The translations under genes were made by a program, and so were the position numbers. A stretch of 56,269 nt of DNA from a virus (lineage: Duplodnaviria > Caudoviricetes), in IMG/VR virus record IMGVR_UViG_3300016263_000241, positions 1 to 56,269 of that record; one strand, given 5' to 3'. The notes below the pieces were generated by a model. It worked only from the letters and a program-made list of their open reading frames with translations, was not told the DNA's origin and ran no database searches. This document shows, in pieces, positions 8,990 to 17,766 of this stretch. Within the stretch, counting starts at the first letter, position 1. Each line of letters begins with the position of its first letter.

Positions 8990-9023
8990 GCCCCTCTTGG
9001 TTCGCCAAGGGGGGTTTTCTTTT
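8990..9023 (+). terminator. Rho-independent terminator after MCP
   Basis: GC-rich stem CCCCTCTTGG-ttcg-CCAAGGGGGG followed by TTTTCTTTT. Confidence 0.8.
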
Positions 9024-9064
9024 GTGCGCTATGCAGAGGCCTATCTCTTATGCTATGGAGGGGC

Positions 9065-9131
9065 TCTGGGATTAATAGCTTGCCAGACCGCCCCAGCGGA
9101 CGATGCACAGACTGGTAAGCGACTTGTGCAT
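9065..9131 (+). ncRNA. Candidate structured leader RNA with two possible pseudoknots
   Basis: P1 9078-86/9112-20; CTGGG 9066-70 with CCCAG 9092-96; ATGCACA 9103-09 with TGTGCAT 9125-31. Confidence 0.5.
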
Positions 9132-9144
9132 AAAGGATATGAAC

Positions 9145-9552
9145 ATGGGTTCTACAACTTTCTCCGGTCCGGTTACCTCCACCAACGGCTTCGTCGGCGC
9201 TGTTACCGGCAACATCACTGGCAACGTTACAGGTAACGTTACAGGCGACCTCACCGGCCGCGTGTTTGGCACTGTCACGACCCGCTCGGGCGCTGGCGCT
9301 GTTCCGATCACGGCTGGCACTGTCCGCCTCACCACGACTGGTGCTGACGCCCTGACGCTAGCTAACGGCGCGAATGGTCAGATCCTGACAATTGTGATGG
9401 TTGTTGACGGCGGCGACGGCACTCTGACCCCGACCACGAAGACTGGTTTCTCGACCATCACCTTCAACGACGTGGGCGATAGCGTCACCCTTCAGTATTT
9501 CACAACGCTGGGTTGGATGATCGTTTCCAACTATGGCGCGACGGTTGCCTAA
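9145..9552 (+). CDS. Capsid decoration/spike protein
   Basis: MGSTTFSGPV, GNVT repeats, C-terminal beta domain; AAGGA RBS. Confidence 0.7.
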   Translation: MGSTTFSGPVTSTNGFVGAVTGNITGNVTGNVTGDLTGRVFGTVTTRSGAGAVPITAGTVRLTTTGADALTLANGANGQILTIVMVVDGGDGTLTPTTKTGFSTITFNDVGDSVTLQYFTTLGWMIVSNYGATVA

Positions 9553-9587
9553 GGCATATCGCCTTTCGCAATTGATGTGATATAAGC

Positions 9588-9648
9588 AGGCGACCGTCTG
9601 AGGCCCCCTACCCCTCAAGCCTTAGGCGGTCACCTTCTCCGAAGGAGA
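9588..9648 (+). promoter_or_regulatory. 17-bp hairpin with C-rich loop plus RBS-sequestering mini hairpin
   Basis: AGGCGACCGTCTGAGGC/GCCTTAGGCGGTCACCT, loop CCCCTACCCCTCAA; TCTCC-GAA-GGAGA. Confidence 0.5.
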
Positions 9649-9655
9649 TTTCAAC

Positions 9656-9922
9656 ATGATGGGTGATAAACTTGGCTATCAAGTGGTTAACAACACAACC
9701 ACCACGATTAAGCCCACCCCGGCCGGTTTCTTCGGCCTGTCCGTCACTGGCGCTGGCAACGTAACCGTCTACGATAACGCATCTGCTGCAAGCGGCGTGG
9801 TGCTGTACACTAAGACTGGTGCAACGGCTGGTGAGACAGTACACTTTGGCGGCAACGGCATCGCAGCCAACAACGGCCTGACTGTCATCACGACCGGCAC
9901 CGTTGTGGTGATGTACACGTAA
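9656..9922 (+). CDS. Small virion beta-protein
   Basis: VTVYDNASAASG..GIAANNGL, typical head-module gene. Confidence 0.7.
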   Translation: MMGDKLGYQVVNNTTTTIKPTPAGFFGLSVTGAGNVTVYDNASAASGVVLYTKTGATAGETVHFGGNGIAANNGLTVITTGTVVVMYT

Positions 9923-9934
9923 GGGTAAACGAGC

Positions 9935-10552
9935 ATGGCTAACGTCAAGATTACAGATCTCACAGCGGCCTCTACCCCGCTTGCCGGGACAGAGCTTTTT
10001 GAGACTGTTCAGGGCGGCACCAGCAAGAAAGTAGCAGCAAGCGACATTGGCAACAGCGCCAACGCGCTTCCCTACGCCTCGCTCTCTGGCCGTGCTTATA
10101 TTTCTGCGCAGAGCAACACTGACCAGACGGGCAGCGTGTCTGCGGCAACGGCTGTTAAAATCGAGACCACCGACTTTAGCTCTGGCATCTCGATTGCAAA
10201 CAACGGGTCGGGTAACCCAACGCGCATCACGTTTGCGGCTGCGGGTACATACATGATTGCACCGAGCATTCAATTTAAGAACACTGATACCAGCGACCAC
10301 GATGCGACTGTCTGGTTCCGCAAAAACGGCACCGATATTGCCAGTTCTGCCACAATAGTGAACGTGCCCAAAGACGCTGATGGCGGTGCTGCGTTCTTCC
10401 AGATTGTGTTTTACGTCCAAGTGACGGCTGCCCAATATGTTGAAGTTATGTGGCTGCCAGAGAACGCAAACGTCACGCTGGACTATATCGCCGCTGGGGC
10501 AATTGCTCCTGCCATTCCTTCTGTCATTGTTTGCTCTGAACGGATCGCCTGA
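9935..10552 (+). CDS. Auxiliary fibre/decoration protein with C1q/BclA-like C-terminal domain
   Basis: MANVKITDL N-terminus; RITFAAAGTYMI..VWFRKNGTDI..YVEVMW. Confidence 0.65.
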   Translation: MANVKITDLTAASTPLAGTELFETVQGGTSKKVAASDIGNSANALPYASLSGRAYISAQSNTDQTGSVSAATAVKIETTDFSSGISIANNGSGNPTRITFAAAGTYMIAPSIQFKNTDTSDHDATVWFRKNGTDIASSATIVNVPKDADGGAAFFQIVFYVQVTAAQYVEVMWLPENANVTLDYIAAGAIAPAIPSVIVCSERIA

Positions 10553-11358
10553 TGCCAAGTGGTTTCACCTTCGACCTAAAAGCACGTCAGGCGCGGGATG
10601 AAATCAATGACGCCCTTGGGCAGCGCATAAAGGATCTTGGCCCTCCGCCTAACCAGCAGCCAATGCAATTGCCCGGCAATCCGCAGATCACGCCGCAAGG
10701 CATGGCGTTTTCTGGTCAGCAGCAGATCGGCCCCGGCATGCTTAGCGGCAATGCTATGATGGGCCCCAGTGGCTTTCAGGGTGCATCAGCAAACTACGGC
10801 ATGCCTTTGGCTGGCGGTCAGCTCAATGTTGGCGCATCTATGGACCCGCGCATGCAGATGGGTCAATTGAACGCCCAGTATCAGCGTGGCCCCTTCAGCG
10901 CTGGTGTAAACTATCAGCCCGGACAAGGTGTTTCTGGCGGTCTGCAATATCGCCGCGCCTTCCAAGAGGGCGGTCTGGCCACATCGCTGCGCAATGACCC
11001 TGTATACCATGACCGTGACGTTGAGTTCCTCAACACGCGCAACCAGCGCATGCGTGAGGTCGCTGGCAAAGAGCCATACGCTAAGGGCGGTCTCGCTATG
11101 GCTGAGGGCGGTGCATGGACACGCAAGGAAGGCAAGAACCCTGAGGGCGGCCTCAATGCCAAGGGGCGTGCGTCTCTGAAGGCGCAGGGCCATGACATCA
11201 AGCCACCAGTTTCGGCCAAGCAGGCCAAAAAGTCTCCCAAGGCGGCCGCTCGTCGTAAGAGCTTCTGCGCTCGGATGAGCGGCATGCCCGGACCAATGAA
11301 GGACGAGAAGGGTCGCCCGACGCGCAAGGCCCTGTCTCTTAGAAAGTGGGACTGCTAA
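10552..11358 (+). CDS. Composite virion protein: amphipathic beta region, GG motifs and a basic C-terminal domain (DUF6321-like)
   Basis: AWTRKEGKNPEGGLNAKGRAS..RRKSFCARM..RKWDC. Confidence 0.7.
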   Translation: MPSGFTFDLKARQARDEINDALGQRIKDLGPPPNQQPMQLPGNPQITPQGMAFSGQQQIGPGMLSGNAMMGPSGFQGASANYGMPLAGGQLNVGASMDPRMQMGQLNAQYQRGPFSAGVNYQPGQGVSGGLQYRRAFQEGGLATSLRNDPVYHDRDVEFLNTRNQRMREVAGKEPYAKGGLAMAEGGAWTRKEGKNPEGGLNAKGRASLKAQGHDIKPPVSAKQAKKSPKAAARRKSFCARMSGMPGPMKDEKGRPTRKALSLRKWDC

Positions 11359-11534
11359 TGAGCGACTTTGCTGTAAAACCCGTTTGGGAAAAGAAGCGGC
11401 CGAAGGATCTCGGCAAGCCTAAGTCATTGTCTGTAAAGAAGAAAAAGTCTGCCAAGGCGCGTGCTGCTGCTGCTGGCCGACCCTACCCCAACCTCATTGA
11501 TAATATGGCGGCAGCCCGCAAGAAAGGTAAGTAA
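11358..11534 (+). CDS. Small basic (Lys-rich) protein
   Basis: TAATG overlap; AGRPYPNLIDNM. Confidence 0.7.
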   Translation: MSDFAVKPVWEKKRPKDLGKPKSLSVKKKKSAKARAAAAGRPYPNLIDNMAAARKKGK

Positions 11535-11535
11535 C

Positions 11536-12315
11536 ATGGACGGTTTTAAGAACACGACCAAGACGCAATACACCACCACTGCGGGCCGCGCTTTTGCCCG
11601 TGGCGGCATGACTGTCAGCCGCGCTGATATGCCCGATGGCGAAGGCCCGATGAACAAGCCTGCCATGGTTGCCAAGTACGCCAAGGGTGGTCACGTCAAG
11701 AAGGCTGAGCAGAAGATCGGCCGGGTGATGGAAGAGTTCACCAAAGGCAAGCTGCACAGCGGCTCGAAGGAAGGCCCGAAGGTCAAGAGCACCAAGCAGG
11801 CTGTGGCCATCGCTCTGAACGAAGCCCGCGCTGCCGGTGCCAAGATCCCGCGCGTGAAGAAGAACTTGGGAGGCGCAATCACTGAAGCTGAATATAGCGC
11901 AATGAAGAACGCAATGAAGTCTGCTGAAGCTGATGACGCGTTGATGGCTCGCATGACGCCAAAAGAATTGGCTATGGGCCTGAAGGGCATTCGCATGGCT
12001 CGTGAGCGTCTCGGCAAGCGCGAAAGCGGCAAAGCTTCGCCTGAAATGGTTGTGCGCAAATATGAAAGCGTAGTGGCTGAACCAATTGGCAAAAACCTTC
12101 GTGGTTTGGGTGCGATCACTGAGAAAGAGCGGAGCGCAATGCAAGCTGCAATGCCCGCTCGCAAAGGTGTTCCCGCTTCTAGCCGTGAGCCAATCATCTC
12201 TGATCGCATGCGTGAAGTCGGCCGGTCCATTGGCATGAACAAGGGTGGCATGGCTTGCGGCTACAAAAAGGGCGGCCTATCGGTTATGCCGAAGGGTAAA
12301 GGCGGTAAGTGCTAA
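11536..12315 (+). CDS. Basic internal/core protein with DUF6496-like segment and repeated GG motifs
   Basis: KIGRVMEEFTKGKLHSGS..KQAVAIALNEAR. Confidence 0.7.
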   Translation: MDGFKNTTKTQYTTTAGRAFARGGMTVSRADMPDGEGPMNKPAMVAKYAKGGHVKKAEQKIGRVMEEFTKGKLHSGSKEGPKVKSTKQAVAIALNEARAAGAKIPRVKKNLGGAITEAEYSAMKNAMKSAEADDALMARMTPKELAMGLKGIRMARERLGKRESGKASPEMVVRKYESVVAEPIGKNLRGLGAITEKERSAMQAAMPARKGVPASSREPIISDRMREVGRSIGMNKGGMACGYKKGGLSVMPKGKGGKC

Positions 12316-12338
12316 ACAAGGGATATGGGGCGGTTGAC

Positions 12339-12426
12339 TTGTGATCGACCGCCTCTTCCTGTATAACCCTGATGCCAGAAATGCCTGCTCAAGCTAGTAG
12401 GCTGCTGACTAAAACCAGCGAGCAGG
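12339..12426 (+). promoter_or_regulatory. Promoter plus three-way-junction leader
   Basis: TTGTGA-N17-TATAAC; stem CCTGCTC 12384-90/GAGCAGG 12420-26 enclosing two hairpins. Confidence 0.45.
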
Positions 12427-12430
12427 ATTG

Positions 12431-13417
12431 ATGGCTTACAGCAACACGGTATCTCAGACGGTCTTTAACACGCGGAAGGTGATCGAAAACGCCATCCGCC
12501 GCTGCAAGCTGCCTGCTGAAAGCATTACCGCTGAATACGTCGATATTGCGAACGATCAGCTCTATCTGCTGCTGTCGGATCTCGCTAACCAAGGCGCGCC
12601 TCTGTGGTGCATCGAGAAGCAAATCATCCCGCTTTATGATGGATATGGCGATGTCACCCTTGATACCAAGGTCGTTGACATCCTGAACAGCAATTTCCGC
12701 CAGCTTCAGACCGTTAGCGGTACGAATACAACGACATCGACCACGCACACCATCTCGTTTGGCGGTGATACGTTCGTCACGACGGTCGGCATCAAGTGGA
12801 CCGCTGCATCTGTGCCGATTGCTATTGAGCGCTCGGAAGATAATATCACTTGGACAATCATTCAGACCGAAACACCAGTTGCTACGTCAGGTGAGTGGAC
12901 TTGGTACGATCTCGAAAGCTCTATCGCCACGCCGTATTTCCGCGTGCGGGCAACAACCGGCACTCTAAGTTTCTCTCAGATTTACACCGGCAACACGCCG
13001 ACCGAGATCCCGTTGGCGCGCATGAACCGCGACGACTACACGAACCTGCCGAACAAGAGCTTTCAGAGCAATCGTCCCCTGCAATACTGGTACGACCGCC
13101 TCATTCCGAACCCGATTATGCACTTGTGGCCGGTTCCGAACAGCGGCGCTGACACTTGCCAGCTTGTTTTGTGGATACAGCGCTACATTATGGACGTTGG
13201 CACCATGACGCAGGAGATTGAGGTGCCTCAGCGCTGGTATGAAGCCCTTGTGGCCATGCTGGCAGCCAAAATGGCGATGGAAATTGTCGAAGTTGACGTG
13301 AATATGATCGGTTTGTTGGACGCAAAGGCCCAGCAGGCGCTGTATGTGGCGCAGGCAGAGGAGCGCGACAACTCTCCGATGATGATTGCGCCGAATATCA
13401 GCATGTATACGAGGTAA
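12431..13417 (+). CDS. Head-tail adaptor (tail tubular A-like) with inserted domain
   Basis: LANQGAPLW, RMNRDDYTNLPNK..PLQYWYDR..LWPVP, EVPQRWYEA. Confidence 0.7.
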   Translation: MAYSNTVSQTVFNTRKVIENAIRRCKLPAESITAEYVDIANDQLYLLLSDLANQGAPLWCIEKQIIPLYDGYGDVTLDTKVVDILNSNFRQLQTVSGTNTTTSTTHTISFGGDTFVTTVGIKWTAASVPIAIERSEDNITWTIIQTETPVATSGEWTWYDLESSIATPYFRVRATTGTLSFSQIYTGNTPTEIPLARMNRDDYTNLPNKSFQSNRPLQYWYDRLIPNPIMHLWPVPNSGADTCQLVLWIQRYIMDVGTMTQEIEVPQRWYEALVAMLAAKMAMEIVEVDVNMIGLLDAKAQQALYVAQAEERDNSPMMIAPNISMYTR

Positions 13418-13418
13418 T

Positions 13419-13721
13419 ATGGGAATTTATCTCGACACACGTGGCAAAAGCACCCTTGGGATCGGGATCTGCGGCCGTTGCTCGCGTAAATTCTCGCTGG
13501 ATGAGCTCTATTCGGACCCAAATTACCCCGGATTGAAGGTCTGCAAGGTAGATATGGACGAATATGACCCATATCGCCTGCCTGCACGCCAGCCTGAGAA
13601 GATTGCGCTGCGTTTTGCGCGTCCTGACACGCCAATCAACACAGATCCGCTCGGTTTACCGACCGAAGACGACAGCTATTTCCTCGTCACAGAGGATTAC
13701 GAAGATTATTTGGAGCCGTAA
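13419..13721 (+). CDS. Zn-finger head-completion-like protein
   Basis: ICGRCSRKF..LKVC..ALRFARPD. Confidence 0.7.
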   Translation: MGIYLDTRGKSTLGIGICGRCSRKFSLDELYSDPNYPGLKVCKVDMDEYDPYRLPARQPEKIALRFARPDTPINTDPLGLPTEDDSYFLVTEDYEDYLEP

Positions 13722-16460
13722 ATGACAACAGTTCCCTCAAATCTGGTTCCGACGCGCATTTCGCAGCTCACCGAGTACGACGGTCTGAGCCAAGATGGGT
13801 ATCTGCCTTATGTCCTCAACGGCGTCACTTATAAGGTCCGCTTCGGCAACATCGCGTCTGTCGGCGCTGTGCCATCGAGCCGCACAATCACTGGCGGCGG
13901 CGGTCTCACTGGTGGCGGCGATCTTACTGCTAACCGCGTCATTTCTATTGCTAATGGCGGGGTGGGCTATTCTCAGCTTGCTGATAGCGGCGTCGTTGCT
14001 GGCACCTACGGCTCGGCTTCTGAGATCCCGGTTTTACAAATTGATGCAAAGGGCCGCGTAGAGATTGCCTCTACCACGCCGATCAGCCTGTCTGGTTACG
14101 TTCCGACTAGCCGCTCTATCACTGCCGGTGATGGTTTGACGGGTGGTGGTACGCTGGCTGCTGACCGCACCATTTCGCTTATTCTGTCTACTGCCACGCC
14201 ACAATCTGGCGGCAACCCGTCTGCTGGTACAAGCACCACGGCTGCGCGTGATGACCACGCTCACCCGGCTGTCGATCTATCGAATGCTGCGGAAACCACA
14301 GGAGTGCTCCCCTTGGACCGTGGCGGCACCGGCAGCAGTTTATCCCCTGTTGCCGGTGCCATCCTATACAGCGATGGCTCGAATGTTAACATGTCCAATC
14401 CGGGCAGTAACAATCAAGTCTTTTTCTCAACGGGCGGTAGCGCACCGACTTGGCGCACCATTACGACTAGCGTTTCAGGTCTGTCTTTTGGCATTTCTGG
14501 TGCTAATTGGTCGCTATCTGGGACGCTTGGTATAGCCAGTGGGGGTACGGGCGCAACAACTGTTGATGCTGCTCGCATTAATCTTCTGCCGAGCTACGGT
14601 GGTAACGGCGGCCGGGTTCTTGGTCTTAACCCAAGCGCAACGGCTGTCGAATGGATTAGCGTTGCTGGGGCTGGCACTGTCACTAGCGTACAAGTTTCTG
14701 GCGGCACGACCGGCCTGACCACAACTGGCGGCCCGATTACGGCTGCTGGTACGATTACTCTGACAGGCACGTTGTTCACGACCAACGGCGGCACAGGCCT
14801 CAGCAGCTACACGGCTGGCGATATGCTGTATTACGCAGCAGGCGACGCCATGACGAAGCTGGCTCTGGGCGCGTCCACGCACATCCTGACATCGAGCGGC
14901 TCTGCCCCTCAGTGGTCTGACCCGACGACGATTACGGTTGGCAATGCGACCAATGCCGTAAACGCAACAAACGCAACGAATGCCACCAACGCGACCAATG
15001 CGACGAACGCTACGACGGCGACCAACATTGCAGGCGGCGCGGCTGGCTCAATCCCGTATCAAACTGCATCTGGCACGACTGCTCTTCTTGCTGCGGGCAC
15101 AGGCGTCCTGATCGGTGGCTCGACACCGTCTTACACTGCCTCGCCCTCGCTGACGCAGGTGACGGTCGCTGCTGACCCGACGCTCGCTCTGCAAGTGGCG
15201 ACCAAGCAGTACGTGGACACGCTGGTGTCGTCTGGCATCACGTACCACCAAGCGGTAAAATATGAGGTGCCGAACAGCACTGGCAACCTCAACGCCACGT
15301 ATAACAACGGCACGGCCGGTGTGGGTGCAACTCTGACCAACGCTGGCACACTGGCTGCATTTGCGCCCGACGGGCCGACTGCACAGGTCGGTGATCGCAT
15401 CCTGATCTACAACCAGACCAATGCCTTCGAGAACGGCGTCTACGAGGTCACAACGGTCGGCAGCGGCTCTGTCGCTTGGGTGCTGACACGCACGACTGAC
15501 GCTGACAGCTACGGCCTGAAAGACCCGAATGCTCTCGGTGAAGGCGACGCCTTCTTCGTCACGTCCGGTAACACGGGCGCTGGTGAAACCTATGTCTGCA
15601 CCACGCAGGGCACGATCACCTTCGGTACGACGGCGATCAACTTCTCGCAGATCTCTTCTGCGCAGATTTACAGCGCTGGCACTGGTCTGACCCTGACTGG
15701 TACCACGTTCAGCCTAACGACCCCGGTTGCGACCACGCTGGGCGGCACGGGCCTGACCACGTTCACTGCAAACGGCGCGGTCTATGCTACGTCAACCAGC
15801 GCGCTGACCACTGGCACCCTGCCGGTTAACGCAGGCGGTACGAGCTTCACCAGCTACACCGACGGCCAAATCCTGATCGGTAAGACGGACGGCTCGCTTG
15901 CTAAGGCAACTGTCACGGCAGGCACAAGCATCTCGGTCACCAACGGCGACGGCAGCATCACGATTGCCAACACGGCTCCCGACCAGACAGTTGTTCTGAC
16001 AGGCGGCACAGGCATCTCGACCAGCGGCACGTACCCGAATTTTACGATCACGAACACCGCGCCAGATCAGGTTGTCGGATTAACTGCTGGTACGAATATC
16101 AGTATCACCGGCACTTATCCAAACTTCACGATTGCCAGCACAGGCGGATCTGGGACGGTCACAAGCGTTTCTGGTACCGGATCGGTCAACGGCATCACGC
16201 TGAGTGGTACGGTAACGTCCAGCGGTTCTATTACGCTGGGTGGCGCTCTAACGGGCGTTAGCCTGACCACACAGGTGACTGGCACGCTGCCAGTTGCCAA
16301 TGGCGGTACGAATAGCACCGCAACACCAAGCGCAGGCGCTGTTGCTTATGGCGACGGCACTGCATACGCATTTACCAGCGCTGGAACTGCTGGGCAGGTT
16401 CTGCTATCTAACGGCACGTCCGCCCCGTCGTTTGGCGGGATTGATGGAGGTACATTCTAA
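13722..16460 (+). CDS. Long tail fibre
   Basis: 912 aa Gly/Thr-rich, GTLPV.NGGT repeats, ATKQYVD, NGVY, ends IDGGTF. Confidence 0.85.
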   Translation: MTTVPSNLVPTRISQLTEYDGLSQDGYLPYVLNGVTYKVRFGNIASVGAVPSSRTITGGGGLTGGGDLTANRVISIANGGVGYSQLADSGVVAGTYGSASEIPVLQIDAKGRVEIASTTPISLSGYVPTSRSITAGDGLTGGGTLAADRTISLILSTATPQSGGNPSAGTSTTAARDDHAHPAVDLSNAAETTGVLPLDRGGTGSSLSPVAGAILYSDGSNVNMSNPGSNNQVFFSTGGSAPTWRTITTSVSGLSFGISGANWSLSGTLGIASGGTGATTVDAARINLLPSYGGNGGRVLGLNPSATAVEWISVAGAGTVTSVQVSGGTTGLTTTGGPITAAGTITLTGTLFTTNGGTGLSSYTAGDMLYYAAGDAMTKLALGASTHILTSSGSAPQWSDPTTITVGNATNAVNATNATNATNATNATNATTATNIAGGAAGSIPYQTASGTTALLAAGTGVLIGGSTPSYTASPSLTQVTVAADPTLALQVATKQYVDTLVSSGITYHQAVKYEVPNSTGNLNATYNNGTAGVGATLTNAGTLAAFAPDGPTAQVGDRILIYNQTNAFENGVYEVTTVGSGSVAWVLTRTTDADSYGLKDPNALGEGDAFFVTSGNTGAGETYVCTTQGTITFGTTAINFSQISSAQIYSAGTGLTLTGTTFSLTTPVATTLGGTGLTTFTANGAVYATSTSALTTGTLPVNAGGTSFTSYTDGQILIGKTDGSLAKATVTAGTSISVTNGDGSITIANTAPDQTVVLTGGTGISTSGTYPNFTITNTAPDQVVGLTAGTNISITGTYPNFTIASTGGSGTVTSVSGTGSVNGITLSGTVTSSGSITLGGALTGVSLTTQVTGTLPVANGGTNSTATPSAGAVAYGDGTAYAFTSAGTAGQVLLSNGTSAPSFGGIDGGTF
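14943..15026 (+). repeat. Asn-Ala-Thr tripeptide repeat in fibre
   Basis: NATNAVNATNATNATNATNATNATTATN with varied codons. Confidence 0.9.
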
Positions 16461-17518
16461 TGGCACAGTCTGGCTACACGCCTATTCAACTTTATCGCAC
16501 ATCGACTGCCAGTGCGATCCCGACTGCTGGCAATTTGGCAGCGGGTGAGCTTGCCATCAACTTGAACGACGAAAAACTGTATTTTAAGAACGCGAGCGGC
16601 ACTGTTACGCTGCTGGCGTCCAGCGCGGGCGCAAGTGGGACGGTTACTAGCGTTGCCTTCAGTACAGGCACAACCGGACTGACAGTTAGCGGATCTCCAA
16701 TTACAAGTTCTGGGACTATCACTCTTGCTGGTACGCTTGCTGTGGCTAACGGTGGCACTGGTGTAACAACCAGCACTGGTTCTGGCTCTGTTGTTCTCTC
16801 TACCTCTCCAGCTCTAACCACGCCAAACTTGGGAACCCCGTCTGCTGCTACGTTGACAAATGCCACAGGCTTGCCCCTAACCACAGGCGTGACTGGCACG
16901 CTTCCGGTCGCAAACGGCGGCACAGGGGTTACGACCTCTACTGGGTCAGGTAATGTCGTTTTGAGCACCAGCCCGACGCTGACAACGCCTGTTTTGGGTG
17001 CTGCATCGGCTACAAGTATCGCATCAGCGCTTGGCGCTGTCGGTACGCCATCTTATACGTTTACTGGCGACCTAGACACCGGGATGTGGTCCCCTGCTGC
17101 AAATACGCTTGCTTTCAGCACTAACGGAGCAGAAGTTGCGAGATTGACTAGCGCGGGCTACTTGGAGGCCGTTTATTCAGACGAGGTAGTGGCTCTAGGT
17201 AATAGCGGCACGGCGACCACGATTAACCTCTCTTCGGGTAACGTCTTTACGGCAACCCTTACTGGAAACTGCACTTTTACGCTGACTGGCGCTAATGCAA
17301 ACTCAAATCGAGGATCTTCCTTGACGCTGATCCTAACAAACGATGGTACCGCTGGGCGTACAGTAGCATGGTCTGGCGGCTCGTTCCGTTTTCCCGGCGG
17401 CGCTGCATCGCTTTCCCGCACCACAACGGCGAATGCTGTTGACATTTGGGTGTTTTTTACGCCAGATCAGGGCACGACATGGTATGGCAACATTTCCATG
17501 AAGAACATGACAGCCTAA
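16460..17518 (+). CDS. Secondary tail fibre with Mtd-N-like N-terminus
   Basis: PTAGNLAAGELAINLNDEKLYFK; PSYTFTGDLDTGMW; C-terminal DQGTTWYG. Confidence 0.8.
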   Translation: MAQSGYTPIQLYRTSTASAIPTAGNLAAGELAINLNDEKLYFKNASGTVTLLASSAGASGTVTSVAFSTGTTGLTVSGSPITSSGTITLAGTLAVANGGTGVTTSTGSGSVVLSTSPALTTPNLGTPSAATLTNATGLPLTTGVTGTLPVANGGTGVTTSTGSGNVVLSTSPTLTTPVLGAASATSIASALGAVGTPSYTFTGDLDTGMWSPAANTLAFSTNGAEVARLTSAGYLEAVYSDEVVALGNSGTATTINLSSGNVFTATLTGNCTFTLTGANANSNRGSSLTLILTNDGTAGRTVAWSGGSFRFPGGAASLSRTTTANAVDIWVFFTPDQGTTWYGNISMKNMTA

Positions 17519-17532
17519 TGGAGGAGCACCCA

Positions 17533-17766
17533 ATGGCTTTGACAACTGATCAAGAAGCGCAAGTTAGCATGCAAATTCAAGTTGAGAATGCGCGCCATGC
17601 TAACCAAATGGCAGCAGAAGCAAGTCGTGTTCGCCTTGAGTTGGTGCGCCTTGCTAAAGAAACACTCATTGAAAACGCGCGCAATAAGCCTGCGGAAGAG
17701 AGTGCTATTTCTGCGGCAGACATCACATCGTTTGCGGAGCAGCTTGCATCATATATTGATGCGTGA
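17533..17766 (+). CDS. Hypothetical helical protein
   Basis: GGAGGAG RBS; RLELVRLAKETLIEN. Confidence 0.7.
   Translation: MALTTDQEAQVSMQIQVENARHANQMAAEASRVRLELVRLAKETLIENARNKPAEESAISAADITSFAEQLASYIDA

Noticed and set aside
16460-16640. Mtd-like N-terminus suggesting a diversity-generating retroelement
   Set aside because: No reverse transcriptase, Avd or TR/VR pair differing at adenines was seen
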